A DNA stretch of 61,205 nucleotides from an uncultured Smithella sp. (GCA_964400795.1 CAYNWA010000011.1:26374-87578), one strand, 5' to 3'. Positions 30,087 to 40,806 are shown, numbered from the stretch's first letter. Notes: a model not told the origin generated them from the letters alone. Numbers and translations: made by a program.

Positions 30087-30200
30087 TGTCATTCTCGTGC
30101 GAGCGCCGGCGAGACAAGGGAATCCAGGCGTCCTTCCCGTGTAGGCGGGGGAACCAGGTTCTGATACAACTGGATTACGCGCTCCCGCCCGGCAATGACA
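30087..30200. repeat. REP/MITE-like element (GTCATT...AATCCAG...CTGGATT...AATGAC)
   Basis: Nested inverted repeats read directly from the sequence. Confidence 0.7.
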
Positions 30201-30224
30201 TAACTTGCAGATCTTGAGATTTGC

Positions 30225-31883
30225 TTAAAGAAAATTGACGATTGTGTTTAACCCATCGGTGGGATTTTCTCGAAAATGAATCCGGATGATTCTTCTTTTC
30301 TTTTCTGTCAGCGCCTGAAAGTCACCTTTGGCTTGCGCGTCTTTAAGGGCGCCAAAGGAAAGCGACGATTTTTCCCGCCCTATTTCGTCGGGTATATCCA
30401 AATCTAAAGCATAATTCTGAGTCAATTGAATAAATAAGCCGTTTCCGGAATCACCCTTGTGTAATTGTCCGGTGGAATGCAGATAACGCGGGCCGTATCC
30501 GCAGGTCACCGGCAACACATATTTTCGTGCAAGCATTTCACGCAGGCGATTAACCGCCGCATCAATTTCCGGCGACGGGCTCAAATAATTTTGCAGACAA
30601 ACATAATCACCCGCATTCACCTGTTTTAAAAAATTATTTAAAATTTCCTTTGGAGTCTTCCCCTCAACCTTACCAAAGATTTCAGTTTGTTCAAATTTTA
30701 TGGCCGGTTTTTCATCTGTGCTCTTATCCAAATTCGAAATCACGGCGCGGGTATGCTTCTTGGTGGCTTCCACATCCGGTTGATCGAAAGGATTGACGCC
30801 CATAAAATGCGCGGCAACTGCGGTGGCCATTTCCCAGACAAACATATGCGCCCCCAGATCATCATCTTCATTCACTGAAATTTCAATAACGGGATGACCG
30901 ATTTTCATTAGAGATTCTGTGGGTGATGGGTTGGTGTCACCCTGATTTTTAAAAACAATAAATAAACGATCTTTTCCGTAAACGGAAATATTCTTAAGCG
31001 TTTCATCCGTCACAGGCAGAATACCTTTGCCTTCCTTGCCGGTACTTTCGGCAATCATCTGCTCCAGCCAGTCGCCAAAATGTTTCCAGCGCGTTGGCAA
31101 AAAGAAAGTCAGTTTGTCCCTGCCTTTTGTCGCCAAAACGCCTAACGTTGCGCCGATCGACACGCCGGTGTTCATGAGGATTTCTATATTTGATGAGACT
31201 GTTTGTAATAATTTTTCTACGTCAACACCGATCAAGGCCGTGGGAACGATTCCCGGCAGAGAAAGAGCCGAATAACGCCCGCCGATGTCGGGGTTGTTGA
31301 GGAAAATATAGCGGGCGGAAATACTTTCGGCTGTTTTCACCAGCGGACTTCCCTCGTCGGTGATAAAAATAAACTGACGTCCCGCTTTGCCGTCGGATTT
31401 TTTCAGACACAGGTTATAAAAATATTTGAAGAGCGATGTTATCTCCAACGTTGAACCTGATTTTGATGAAACAAGAAACAAGGTTTTCTCTAGATTTAAA
31501 CGTTGTGTGACGTCAGATATAAAAACGGGATCGGTTGTATCGGCGACATGCAAACGGGGGAAACCCGGTTTGCTGCCAAAAATTTTGCCGAAAACTTCCG
31601 TCGCCAGCGACGACCCGCCCATGCCGATTAAGACGACATCGCTGATTTTATCTTTTTGCAGAGAATCGACAACGCTGCGGATGTCATTTATTTTTGAGAG
31701 TGTTTCAGCCGGAGCGTTGAGCCAGCCCAGACGGTTGACGATTTCATCGGGCTTCGGTTTCCACAGGGTGTAATCTTTTGCACGGATGCGCTCAATGACG
31801 TTATCCCGACGCATTTTCTCCAGGGCACTGTTAACGGCACCCTGATAATCTCCTAGAGAATAATCAATGCGTATTTCAGTCAT
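30225..31883 (-). CDS. pgi: Glucose-6-phosphate isomerase (Tal/Pgi-type PGI domain)
   Basis: GMGGSSL, VSSKSGST, IGGRYSALS, EQMIAESTGKEGKG, NPFDQPDVEATK and GPRYLHSTGQLHKG. Confidence 0.9.
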   Translation of the reverse strand: MTEIRIDYSLGDYQGAVNSALEKMRRDNVIERIRAKDYTLWKPKPDEIVNRLGWLNAPAETLSKINDIRSVVDSLQKDKISDVVLIGMGGSSLATEVFGKIFGSKPGFPRLHVADTTDPVFISDVTQRLNLEKTLFLVSSKSGSTLEITSLFKYFYNLCLKKSDGKAGRQFIFITDEGSPLVKTAESISARYIFLNNPDIGGRYSALSLPGIVPTALIGVDVEKLLQTVSSNIEILMNTGVSIGATLGVLATKGRDKLTFFLPTRWKHFGDWLEQMIAESTGKEGKGILPVTDETLKNISVYGKDRLFIVFKNQGDTNPSPTESLMKIGHPVIEISVNEDDDLGAHMFVWEMATAVAAHFMGVNPFDQPDVEATKKHTRAVISNLDKSTDEKPAIKFEQTEIFGKVEGKTPKEILNNFLKQVNAGDYVCLQNYLSPSPEIDAAVNRLREMLARKYVLPVTCGYGPRYLHSTGQLHKGDSGNGLFIQLTQNYALDLDIPDEIGREKSSLSFGALKDAQAKGDFQALTEKKRRIIRIHFRENPTDGLNTIVNFL

Positions 31884-31963
31884 TTAGTGAAACTCCAATT
31901 ACGAAAGCGAATAACCTAAAGGTCACTATAGGCGCAGCGGAATTGGTAAGTTGAACTATTCCG

Positions 31964-34021
31964 TCAGGAGCGATGAAGTAAGTCTTTTGCCGCTTCAATA
32001 ATTTTTTCAACGGTAAAGCCGAATTTTTCGTAAAGAACCGGTCCGGGCGCGGAAGCGCCGAAGGTTTCCATACCAATAATTTTTCCGTTCAAACCGACGT
32101 AGTGTTCCCATCCCAGTTTGATGCCTGCTTCCACGGCAATGCGTGCGGAAACCTGCGGCGGGAGAACCTTATCGCGGTAGTCACGCGGCTGGCGGTCGAA
32201 TATTTCCCAGCTGGGCAGAGATACAACTCGGACTTTAGAGCCGTTTTCCGCCAGCTTGCGGGCGGCTGTCAGCGTCAGCGGAACTTCCGAACCGGTGGCA
32301 ATCAGAATCAATTCAGAATCGGGCGCCGATTCCCACAGGATATAACCGCCCTGTTTGGTGCCGGACGCGGGTGCTGCAACACTTCTGTCCAGCACGGGAA
32401 GATTTTGTCTGCTGAAGATGAGCGTGGTCGGTCCTTTTGTATTGGTAATGGCGGTTTTCCAGGCCTCCAGCGTTTCATTGGCGTCTGCTGGACGGATCAC
32501 CGTCATGTTCGGCACCTGACGCAAATTCATGATTTGTTCGACAGGCTGATGCGTCGGGCCGTCTTCTCCGACGCCGATGCTGTCATGCGTAAAGACGAAT
32601 ACAGCGCGCAGGCCCATCATTGCCGCGAGGCGCATGGGTGGGCGCATGTAATCGGCAAAGGTCAGAAAGGTTGCCGTATAGGGAATAATGCCGCCATGCA
32701 GGGCCATGCCCACGGTGATCGAGCCCATCGCGTGTTCGCGCACACCAAAATGAATGTTGCGACCCGAATAATCCCAAGCGCCGCCGACCATGCCATGCAA
32801 GCCTTCTTTGGAAAGTTGCAGACTTTGAAAATCTCCCATGCCTTTCAGCCAGGTAAAACAGGAAGGATTAAGATCAGCCGAGCCGCCCGCCAGTTCGGGA
32901 ATTTTCGCCGCGATGGACTGCATCACGATCTCGCTGGCCTTGCGCGTGGCTACGTCTTTTGATCCGTTGGGGAATTCGCTCAAAGCCGATTCCCAACCTT
33001 CAGGCAGGTTGCCTTTCATGATGCGTTCAAATTCCGCCGCCAAAGCAGGTTCATTTTGTCTGAATCCGTTAAACGATTCCTGCCATTGTTTTTCGTATTT
33101 TTTGCCGCGCGACACGGCTTTGCAGAGAAATTTATAAACATTTTCGGAAACAGAAAAAGGAGAATCGGACAGCCAGCACAAGGCGTCCTTGGTTTTTTTC
33201 AGTTCATCGGCTCCCAGCGGTGAACCGTGAGCCTCGCAGCTTCCCTGCCTGCCGGGTGCGCCATAACCGATCGTCGACGAAACACAAATCAACGACGGTT
33301 TTTCGGGTTCACGTTTCGCTTTTTTGATGGCTTTGTCGATAGAGGCAACGTCGTTACCTTTGGCAACTTTCAGCACCTGCCAGCCGTAGGCCTTGAATCG
33401 CTGTTCAATGTTTTCCGTGGAGGAAAGGGCCGCGGAACCGGCCAGCGTTACCCGGTTATCATCGTAAAGGACAATCAGTTTGCCCAGGTGCAAATGACCG
33501 GCCAGCGAACAGGCCTCGGCGACTACGCCTTCCATCATGTCACCGTCACCGGCCATGACATAGGTGAAATGATCAACTATTATTTTATCTTCTCTGTTGA
33601 AGCGCGCGGCAAGATGCGCTTCCGCAATCGCCATGCCCACCGCGTTGGCCAGTCCCTGGCCCAACGGACCGGTCGTTACTTCGACACCGGGCACATGTTT
33701 ATATTCCGGATGCCCCGGCGTGCGGCTTCCCCACTGCCGGAAGGTCTTGATATCGTCAAGTGTCAAATCGTAACCGGTCAGATGCAGAAGAGCATATAAA
33801 AGCATGGAGGCATGACCGGCAGAAAGCACAAAACGGTCACGATCAGGCCATTGCGGATTCTTGGGATTGTGTTTCAAGTGTTTTGTCCAGAGAGTAAAAG
33901 CGGCGGTGGCGGCGCCCAGTGGCATGCCGGGATGACCGGATTTGGCTTTTTCAATCGCGTCCACTGCGAGAAAACGGATGGTATCAATACATTGTTTTTC
34001 CAGCTCTTTTTTGTCAGGCAT
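31964..34021 (-). CDS. tkt: Transketolase
   Basis: [47 protein letters not shown]. Confidence 0.97.
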   Translation of the reverse strand: MPDKKELEKQCIDTIRFLAVDAIEKAKSGHPGMPLGAATAAFTLWTKHLKHNPKNPQWPDRDRFVLSAGHASMLLYALLHLTGYDLTLDDIKTFRQWGSRTPGHPEYKHVPGVEVTTGPLGQGLANAVGMAIAEAHLAARFNREDKIIVDHFTYVMAGDGDMMEGVVAEACSLAGHLHLGKLIVLYDDNRVTLAGSAALSSTENIEQRFKAYGWQVLKVAKGNDVASIDKAIKKAKREPEKPSLICVSSTIGYGAPGRQGSCEAHGSPLGADELKKTKDALCWLSDSPFSVSENVYKFLCKAVSRGKKYEKQWQESFNGFRQNEPALAAEFERIMKGNLPEGWESALSEFPNGSKDVATRKASEIVMQSIAAKIPELAGGSADLNPSCFTWLKGMGDFQSLQLSKEGLHGMVGGAWDYSGRNIHFGVREHAMGSITVGMALHGGIIPYTATFLTFADYMRPPMRLAAMMGLRAVFVFTHDSIGVGEDGPTHQPVEQIMNLRQVPNMTVIRPADANETLEAWKTAITNTKGPTTLIFSRQNLPVLDRSVAAPASGTKQGGYILWESAPDSELILIATGSEVPLTLTAARKLAENGSKVRVVSLPSWEIFDRQPRDYRDKVLPPQVSARIAVEAGIKLGWEHYVGLNGKIIGMETFGASAPGPVLYEKFGFTVEKIIEAAKDLLHRS

Positions 34022-34267
34022 GAAGACTCCTTTAATTATCGTAAGGATGGTGATGTACTAGCACATTTGGAGCTTTTTTAAAACTTTTCTTGGAATATAT
34101 TTTGGACGTAGTCCGTTAAAGCTTATTGTAAAATAAATATCAAGAGATTATGTATTGTTAACAATACGTTAGTTCATGCCGGAATCAATGTATATCATTG
34201 CTTTTTAGGTGATATTCTGTTCAAGACAATTTATCGTCCATACAAAACTATGTAATGATGATATTGA

Positions 34268-34669
34268 TCATCGGCTAATAAATTCTTTTTGCTCATAGGT
34301 AAGATTGCTAATTAACCATCCGCCATAATCCAAACACAGAGTCAAAACATCAACCCCTTTGCGTATCTCATGATCTGTTGTAAGGATATAATCGGCCTTG
34401 ATGACGGCGATATTTCCGTATTGTTTAATTTCCACATTCTGCCATTCTTCAATAAATATTTTGTTTTCAGCCGCATACTCCCGTTGTTCGGGCATACCTT
34501 CGATGATACTTAAACACGAGACAGGCTTCCCCTGCTCTACTCGCACCATGATTGCCCGTTCATCAAAAAGATTTTGCCACTCATCCAAACGTTTTTGGGA
34601 ATAATAAAGAGGGTAGAGTTTTACGATGTCTTCCAATCTAGAATACTGTCTTTCAATTTTCTTGCACAT
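34268..34669 (-). CDS. NTF2/SnoaL-like small protein
   Basis: W..LF...A..., ..GNIAVIKADY...GVDVLTL...GWLI pattern typical of NTF2-like folds. Confidence 0.6.
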   Translation of the reverse strand: MCKKIERQYSRLEDIVKLYPLYYSQKRLDEWQNLFDERAIMVRVEQGKPVSCLSIIEGMPEQREYAAENKIFIEEWQNVEIKQYGNIAVIKADYILTTDHEIRKGVDVLTLCLDYGGWLISNLTYEQKEFISR

Positions 34670-34687
34670 ATTGGATTCCTTGAAGTT

Positions 34688-35938
34688 TTATGTTTTAAAT
34701 GGATATCTGCTTTGTATCTCTACAAATATCATATCCTTCTTTTCTTTCAATATAGCAAAGCTTGTTTGCATTGTTGAACTCATAAATATAATATTTCCAA
34801 GATCTGAACCCAAGCCCAGCGATTCAAGATTATTAACGTGAGTTAAATTAGCTGAAAGGATGTCTGTGTTAATATTATAAGGAGGAAGTGTTTTAAAAAT
34901 GTCACCCTGATATTCTACCCCATATTTCGACAGATATGCTATTTTTTTTACATAGTTTTCATTTCTCATTTTGGAAATTGATTGCTTAATGCGATAGGCA
35001 ATCTGATATTCCGACATTTTCTTGACTTCATTTTTTTCAAATTCAATGACACTAGAGAAAACTGCGTTACCCATATATGATGAATCAACATCAGGATGAA
35101 TGTATCTTAGATTAATGGGAATCCTTAATCTGACTTTATCAGTATCAGGCATAATTTCTTCATGATATTTTTTTAGTATTAAGGCATTTATAATTTGATT
35201 ATGGGAAATTACGTAGTTCTCATTTTCTGATTTTGCTTTGTTTTTAATTTCATCAAGTAATTTTTCGGTAAAGTATTCTCTTTTATAATATGTCTTCCAG
35301 CAATTTAAATTTTTAACTCGATTTTGAATTTCATCGTTTAACTCGGATAATGGAGGAATGAATGCTCTGTCAATCGTGTCAAAACAAACGGGTTGACCCT
35401 TGAATAGTCTCTGATTTGAGGGCATGGGGAAATTATGTCCATAGTGTATACATCCCCATGCAAACATAAAAAGCATCAAGGACGTAGCATCGCCTACCGC
35501 ATGAGAACAACTGATCCCACCTAATATGCCATCCTTTACTGGTATTAATGTAATAGCAAAAAGAGGTTCTCCCGGTAATGTTTTAACATGCTTTATTTTA
35601 TTCATTACATCATCAATATTTATATGATCGGAAGCTACATCAATAAACGGCAAAACATGATATTCAAAACCCTCTTTGCAATATTGGAGCGCATATTTAT
35701 TTTCATCAATCATTATTAAACGGCTGGAAAAAAGGTTGTAATGTTTAATGGTCTTCAAGAGACTTTCTCTTGCTTTCGAGAGAGAGGTCTTTTTCTTATA
35801 AAATACCAAAAATTCCGTTGGCCTGCTGCCGGGATAATCTTTATTTTCAAATATCGACAAAGGTAGAATATTGTTGCCATAATTATTTTCCAGATATGCA
35901 TTTCTTGCATCTTTACAGGTCTTCTGATTTTCTGTCAT
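34688..35938 (-). CDS. CoA-dependent acyltransferase, HxxxD (BAHD/condensation-like) family; paralog of 19681-20928
   Basis: SCSHAVGD motif and many blocks shared with the paralog. Confidence 0.7.
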   Translation of the reverse strand: MTENQKTCKDARNAYLENNYGNNILPLSIFENKDYPGSRPTEFLVFYKKKTSLSKARESLLKTIKHYNLFSSRLIMIDENKYALQYCKEGFEYHVLPFIDVASDHINIDDVMNKIKHVKTLPGEPLFAITLIPVKDGILGGISCSHAVGDATSLMLFMFAWGCIHYGHNFPMPSNQRLFKGQPVCFDTIDRAFIPPLSELNDEIQNRVKNLNCWKTYYKREYFTEKLLDEIKNKAKSENENYVISHNQIINALILKKYHEEIMPDTDKVRLRIPINLRYIHPDVDSSYMGNAVFSSVIEFEKNEVKKMSEYQIAYRIKQSISKMRNENYVKKIAYLSKYGVEYQGDIFKTLPPYNINTDILSANLTHVNNLESLGLGSDLGNIIFMSSTMQTSFAILKEKKDMIFVEIQSRYPFKT

Positions 35939-35969
35939 GATATTCCCAGGTATTTATAAGAAATTTCCA

Positions 35970-35997
35970 GTTCAGCTAAGTCTTTTGAACTTTGCTG
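35970..35997. repeat. Copy of the 28-bp GTTCAGCCAAGTC palindrome family
   Basis: Matches 7087-7114 at 24/28. Confidence 0.7.
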
Positions 35998-36029
35998 TTG
36001 ATAATATATACTGCATGTATGAATAGGAT

Positions 36030-36362
36030 CTATTCTTTAATTTTATTTTCCGTTTCAGCATCCAGCCATTTCAGATATTCCTTGCTGCCCTTGATAATCG
36101 GAACAGCAATGATTTCCGGTGTTTCGTAGGGATGCAGTTTTTTGATGGCGGCTTCAACTTTTTTGAACAAGGATTCCCGGGTTTTAATCAGGCAAAGCCA
36201 CTCGGAAGCTGTTTCCACCTTTCCTTTCCAGTGGTAAGTGCTTTCGATAGGGCCGGAAATCTGTACACAGGCGGCCAGCTTTTTTTCCACAAGATGCCGG
36301 GCGATTTTTTGTGCCTGTTCTTTGGTTTCGGTGGCTGTGGTTATTTGAATGAAGGATTTCAT
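36030..36362 (-). CDS. cutA: Divalent-cation tolerance protein CutA
   Basis: LVEKKLAACVQI, SxYHWKG and HPYETPEII. Confidence 0.95.
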   Translation of the reverse strand: MKSFIQITTATETKEQAQKIARHLVEKKLAACVQISGPIESTYHWKGKVETASEWLCLIKTRESLFKKVEAAIKKLHPYETPEIIAVPIIKGSKEYLKWLDAETENKIKE

Positions 36363-36379
36363 ATTTCACCATTCAGGTT

Positions 36380-36490
36380 TTGTCCCCCTTGAGAGAGGGG
36401 GGGGGTCGCAAAGCGACGGGGGAGGAAAAACAATAACGTAGTGCGAAACTTTAGCTTCGCTTTAACGGATCTAAACATCCGTACTACATT
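36380..36490. repeat. REP-like hairpin cluster
   Basis: CCCCCT..AGGGGG, GTCGC-AAA-GCGAC and GTAGT...CGGAT-CTAAAC-ATCCG-TACTAC hairpins. Confidence 0.55.
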
Positions 36491-36518
36491 TTCTTCCACC
36501 CCTTCTGTTTAACGACCT

Positions 36519-36630
36519 TGTAAAAAGCTTCAGAGGCAAGGCGCGCAAATCCCGAGGAGTGAGGCGTACATTTGGCGTACGTCGCAACGACGAGGGATGT
36601 AGGGCAACGTAGCATCTGAGTTTTTTTTCA
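36519..36630. repeat. Deltaproteobacterial-type REP/MITE (GCAAGGCGCGCAAATCC..AGGAGTGAGGCGTAC family)
   Basis: Imperfect terminal inverted repeats AAAAAGCTTCAGAGGC / GCATCTGAGTTTTTT and an internal CGTAC dyad. Family recognised from memory. Confidence 0.65.
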
Positions 36631-37407
36631 ATGTCGTGTGCATTCGTACATCATAATCGCCGCTGCCTGCGGCAGACTCAGGGAATCCGCTTTGCCACTT
36701 CCGGGGATGCTCCATTTTTCATCGGCTATTGTTAAAACAGTCTCCGGCAGACCGTGGCTTTCATTACCCAGCATCAACGCGGCCTTTTTATGAACCGGAT
36801 GTGGCAACATTCCTGCACGCACATGAGAGCCAATGATGAAAAAACTTTTCTTAATTTCCGGAAGTGCCGCTTTTAAATCAATGTTGGGAATAATTGTCAA
36901 ATGAAAAATACTGCCCATGGAAGCGCGTACAGCTTTGGGATTGATGTAATCCACAGAATTTGTACTCAAAATTATGCTGTCAAAGCCAAACCATAGTGCA
37001 CTGCGCATAAGTGCTCCGAGATTCAACGGGTTGTTGATTTCGTGTAAAATCAGAATGTTACCGCTGGTATTCTTAAGCCATAAAGAAATATCCGGTTTGT
37101 TCTTCATGGCAACTAAAGCCATGATGCCTTCCGGCTCTCTGTCCTGTCCGATTTTTTCCCACTGCGTTCGCTTCAATTGATATACAGGGATGTCTTTTGC
37201 CGCGGTCGTGACACACTTCTCCCAGAATTTTATTTTTTCAGGAATAACGAGCAATGCCTTGATGGACCAGTCGCTTCTCAGCAGTTCTTCTACAACCTTG
37301 ACGCCTTCAGCGAGAAGCTTTCCTTCTTCCTGACGCGTTTTACTGTCGTCAAGCCTTGCCCATTTTTTTAACTGAGCTTGCGAAGGCGTCTGAAATTCGG
37401 TTTGCAT
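36628..37407 (-). CDS. TrmH/SpoU family RNA methyltransferase
   Basis: EGVKVVEE, NPLNLGALMRSA, GNESHGL and SLSLPQAAAIMMYE. Confidence 0.9.
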   Translation of the reverse strand: MQTEFQTPSQAQLKKWARLDDSKTRQEEGKLLAEGVKVVEELLRSDWSIKALLVIPEKIKFWEKCVTTAAKDIPVYQLKRTQWEKIGQDREPEGIMALVAMKNKPDISLWLKNTSGNILILHEINNPLNLGALMRSALWFGFDSIILSTNSVDYINPKAVRASMGSIFHLTIIPNIDLKAALPEIKKSFFIIGSHVRAGMLPHPVHKKAALMLGNESHGLPETVLTIADEKWSIPGSGKADSLSLPQAAAIMMYECTRH

Positions 37408-37411
37408 GGCA

Positions 37412-38350
37412 TCAATCCTTCATCGTTACGTTAGGAATGTCTTCATACTTTGTATCCGGCCAGATAACGGAAGCTATAATTGATATAATAAGAATAGATG
37501 ATATGACAATCAGAGAAATTCCGGTCGGCACATGGAAAAAATCCGTGATGAGCATCTTCACGCCGACAAAACTCAGGATGGCCGAAAGACCATAATGCAG
37601 GAGGTGGAATAATTTCATCAAACCGGAAATTGCGAAAAAGAGTGAACGCAGTCCCAGGATGGCAAAGACATTGGACGTGTAAACGATAAAGGGATCTGTA
37701 GAAATCGCCAGAACTGCCGGGATGGAATCGACCGCAAACAGGATATCCGTGGTTTCCAGCGCCAGCAAAACCGCCAGCATGGGCGTCGCGAAGCGCTTGC
37801 TGTTTTTGATGATGAAAAATTTGGCTTCCTGAAATTCCTTGGTCACCGGAATGACATAGCGAAGCACTTTGATCGCTATGTTTTTTTCAGGATGCACTTC
37901 AGTTTCTTTATTGAGTGCCATTTTGATGCCGGTGAAAATCAGGAAAGCGCCGAAAATGTACATGATCCAATGGAATTTGTTGATGAGCGCGACGCCGGCA
38001 AAAATAAATGCGGCTCGTGTAATGAGTGCCAGCAGAATGCCCCAGAAAAGCGCTTTGTGTTCATAAGCAGGAGGCACGTTGAAAAACCTGAAGATCAACA
38101 AGAATACGAAAAGATTGTCGATGCTTAGAGAGTATTCAATAATATAAGCGGTAAAAAACTCCAGCGCCTTGGAATGGCCGTAAAAATAATAGACCCCCGC
38201 GCCAAACAGGCAGGCAAGCGTCACCCAGAAGCCAACCCACAGCAGGGCTTCCTTCATTTTGATGACATGGGCCTTGCGGTTGAAAACGCCCAGATCCAGC
38301 GCCAGCATCGCAAAAATAAAAACACCGAAAATGATCCACCAGAGAGTCAT
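37412..38350 (-). CDS. TerC/Alx family membrane protein
   Basis: EYSLSIDNLFVF, DILFAVDSIPA and SNVFAILGLRSL. Confidence 0.93.
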   Translation of the reverse strand: MTLWWIIFGVFIFAMLALDLGVFNRKAHVIKMKEALLWVGFWVTLACLFGAGVYYFYGHSKALEFFTAYIIEYSLSIDNLFVFLLIFRFFNVPPAYEHKALFWGILLALITRAAFIFAGVALINKFHWIMYIFGAFLIFTGIKMALNKETEVHPEKNIAIKVLRYVIPVTKEFQEAKFFIIKNSKRFATPMLAVLLALETTDILFAVDSIPAVLAISTDPFIVYTSNVFAILGLRSLFFAISGLMKLFHLLHYGLSAILSFVGVKMLITDFFHVPTGISLIVISSILIISIIASVIWPDTKYEDIPNVTMKD

Positions 38351-39196
38351 TTACATATCCTTTTTATTGGTTGAAACCGAAACATGTCTACGCCAGAAAA
38401 TGATGATCACTCCAAAGGCCATCATCAAAGCGCAAAGAACCTGCCCGATACTGACCGGGCCAATGATAAAATCAGGTTCGCGGAAAAATTCAATCATAAA
38501 ACGTACAAAACCGTAGCCGAAAATGTATGACCCAAGCAAGAAACCTTCAAAACATTTCTTTTTTCTCATCAGCCATAGAACGACAAATAGGAATATTCCT
38601 TCAAAGAATGCTTCATAAAGCTGGGAAGGGTGGCGCAGGCTCTGTGTCGGATCAAGCGGAAAATACATTCCCCACGGCACTGTTGTTGCTCTGCCCCAGA
38701 GCTCACCATTGAGAAAATTCCCGAGACGCCCGAAAGTATAACCCAACGGTATGGAGGGAACGATTAGATCGGCAAATCGCCAGAAGTCGATTTTTCGTCT
38801 CCGGAAGAACCATATGGAAAGTAAAATAATGCCGATGACGCCGCCGTGATAGGACATCCCGCTGATGCCTGTGAAATGAATACCGTTGGAGAAAGAAAAG
38901 GGAAGAAATATTTCCAACGGATGTTGTATAAAATAGCCGAAGTTATAAAACAACACCTCACCGAGACGCGCGCCGATGATCATGGCCAGCATTGCCCAAA
39001 CCATGTAATCCTGCAACATTTCCGCGGTATATTCGTAATGTTCATTTTTTATCCGGTAGACAGTGAGTACGTAAACGATGGCGAAACCTACCAGATACAT
39101 CAGACTGTAGTAGCGCAGTTGAAAAGAGCCGATGCTGAAAATGGCAGGATTAATATGAGAAGGCAATTGCTGCCAGGTGCTGATAAAAGATTCCAT
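38351..39196 (-). CDS. lgt: Prolipoprotein diacylglyceryl transferase
   Basis: LRYYSLMY, GARLG, GMSYHGG, GRLGNFLNGELWGR and HPSQLYE. Confidence 0.96.
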   Translation of the reverse strand: MESFISTWQQLPSHINPAIFSIGSFQLRYYSLMYLVGFAIVYVLTVYRIKNEHYEYTAEMLQDYMVWAMLAMIIGARLGEVLFYNFGYFIQHPLEIFLPFSFSNGIHFTGISGMSYHGGVIGIILLSIWFFRRRKIDFWRFADLIVPSIPLGYTFGRLGNFLNGELWGRATTVPWGMYFPLDPTQSLRHPSQLYEAFFEGIFLFVVLWLMRKKKCFEGFLLGSYIFGYGFVRFMIEFFREPDFIIGPVSIGQVLCALMMAFGVIIIFWRRHVSVSTNKKDM

Positions 39197-39228
39197 GTTG
39201 TATTTATGTCTACCTAATTCATAGATTT

Positions 39229-39326
39229 TGTCACTTCGACTCGGCGCATGCCGGGGAGAAGTCTTGTAAAACAGTGTTGAAAAGATTCTTCGTCATCCCG
39301 ACTCGTCGGGATTCCTCGGAATGACA
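39229..39326. repeat. REP/MITE-like element, same family as 29956-30063
   Basis: TGTCACTTCGA...GGAGAAGTCTT...GGAATGACA, with a nested ATCCCGA-CTCG-TCGGGAT palindrome. Confidence 0.7.
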
Positions 39327-39377
39327 CTGTAAATCATTACGGATGCTCATTTGCCATTGCGTTTGATATGACAGACT

Positions 39378-40340
39378 TTAGTATGTCTGGCCTTTCAGTT
39401 CATCAACGTAGAGTTCTGCGCTGTAAATGGCGGTGGCGCCGTCGCCCGCGGCCGTAACCACCTGACGGAACAACTTGGAACGGCAGTCGCCCGCGGCAAA
39501 TATGCCGGGGGCTGAGGTGTGCATATTATCGTCCGTTATGATATAGCCGCCTTCATCCATGTTCACGATATCGCGGAAAAGTTCCGTGCTCGGTGTCAGG
39601 CCAATAAAGATAAAGACGCCATCGGCATCGATGGTGGTAATGTTGTCCGATTCAACGTCGGCTACTTTCACGCCGGTGACAAATTCCGTGCCGGCGACTT
39701 CGACCAGTTTTGCCTTCCAGGCAAATTCGATTTTCTTTTCCGCAAAAGCCCTTTTCTGCAGAATGGCCGCGGCGCGCAACCGGTCGCGGCGGTGGATGAT
39801 AGTAACCTTTTTGGCAAAATGGGTTAGGAACAGGGCTTCCTGAATGGCGGTATCCCCGCCGCCGACGACCACGACATCCCGGTTCCGATAAAACGGTCCG
39901 TCGCAGGTGGCGCAATACGACACGCCCTTGCCGGCAAATGCCTCTTCGCCGGGAACGCCCAGTTTGTTCCACTGCGCGCCGGTGGCAGCAATCACGCTCA
40001 ACGTTCTGTAGGATTTATCGCCCACGGCGATTTCCCAGATCGCCGGATGATCGCTGGCTTTCTTGACGGATTGAACATCGTTGGCGATGATTTCCAGGCC
40101 GAAATTCTGCGCCTGTCTCTTGAATAGCTGCATCAGGTCAAAACCGTTGATGCCGTCGGGAACGCCCGGATAGTTTTCAATCAGATCGGTAATCGTTATC
40201 TGACTGACCGTTGACGCACCCTCCACCAACAGCGATTTCAGACCGCTGCGGGCAGCATAAATGCCCGCGGTATAACCGCCCGGCCCACCGCCGATGATAA
40301 TCGTATCATAATCGTATTGAGGTAAATTTGCCGTGCTCAC
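39378..40340 (-). CDS. trxB: Thioredoxin reductase
   Basis: GGGPGG, YCATCDG, GGGDTA, HRRD and FAAGDC. GTG start at 40340 after GGAGG. Confidence 0.95.
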   Translation of the reverse strand: MSTANLPQYDYDTIIIGGGPGGYTAGIYAARSGLKSLLVEGASTVSQITITDLIENYPGVPDGINGFDLMQLFKRQAQNFGLEIIANDVQSVKKASDHPAIWEIAVGDKSYRTLSVIAATGAQWNKLGVPGEEAFAGKGVSYCATCDGPFYRNRDVVVVGGGDTAIQEALFLTHFAKKVTIIHRRDRLRAAAILQKRAFAEKKIEFAWKAKLVEVAGTEFVTGVKVADVESDNITTIDADGVFIFIGLTPSTELFRDIVNMDEGGYIITDDNMHTSAPGIFAAGDCRSKLFRQVVTAAGDGATAIYSAELYVDELKGQTY

Positions 40341-40467
40341 GAAAAACCTCCTGCATAAAGTTGCCATACTTTAATCAGGATAAGAGTATTTTGTAAAGTC
40401 CAAAAAACCGTAATTAATGTTTATAGTTTGATTTATTTATGATAAGGCACTTTCATCAAAAGGAAAG

Positions 40468-40770
40468 TTGATGAGTACTCTCAAAGGTTCGCAAAAAAAA
40501 TATCTGCGCGCGCAGGCGCATCATTTAAAGCCGCTGGTCATCATTGGCGCCAAAGGCGTAACAGGATCGCTGATCGCTTCTGTTGATCACACTTTGAACG
40601 ACCATGAACTCATCAAGGTAAAATTTGGCGACTTCAAGGAATCGAAAAAAGAAATCTCCGGAGAAATCGTCAAAGCAACCAAAAGCGAACTGATCGGCCT
40701 GATCGGCAACATCGCCATTTTCTACCGTCAAAACCCGGATCCGGAAAAAAGAAAAATTAAGATTCCGTAA
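40468..40770 (+). CDS. yhbY: RNA-binding protein YhbY (CRM domain)
   Basis: LRAQAHHLKP, IIG..G and HELIKVK. Confidence 0.92.
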   Translation: MMSTLKGSQKKYLRAQAHHLKPLVIIGAKGVTGSLIASVDHTLNDHELIKVKFGDFKESKKEISGEIVKATKSELIGLIGNIAIFYRQNPDPEKRKIKIP

Positions 40771-40806
40771 TTAACAATAAAACCCTGGAAGCTCTTTTAT
40801 CTAAAG

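Noticed and set aside
32102-33799. 286-aa and 190-aa plus-strand ORFs
   Set aside because: They are antisense shadows of transketolase.
36436-36490. Possible c-di-GMP-I riboswitch (CGGATCTAAA resembles the P2 motif)
   Set aside because: The GGCAAAC...GAAA...GGACGCAAA core is missing, and closed GTAGT/ACTAC termini fit a REP instead.
7087-36630. CRISPR array interpretation of the 28-bp repeats
   Set aside because: Copies are dispersed or inverted without regular unique spacers, and no cas genes are present.
37412-38360. yybP-ykoY Mn riboswitch expected ahead of terC/alx
   Set aside because: terC abuts lgt with no leader space.
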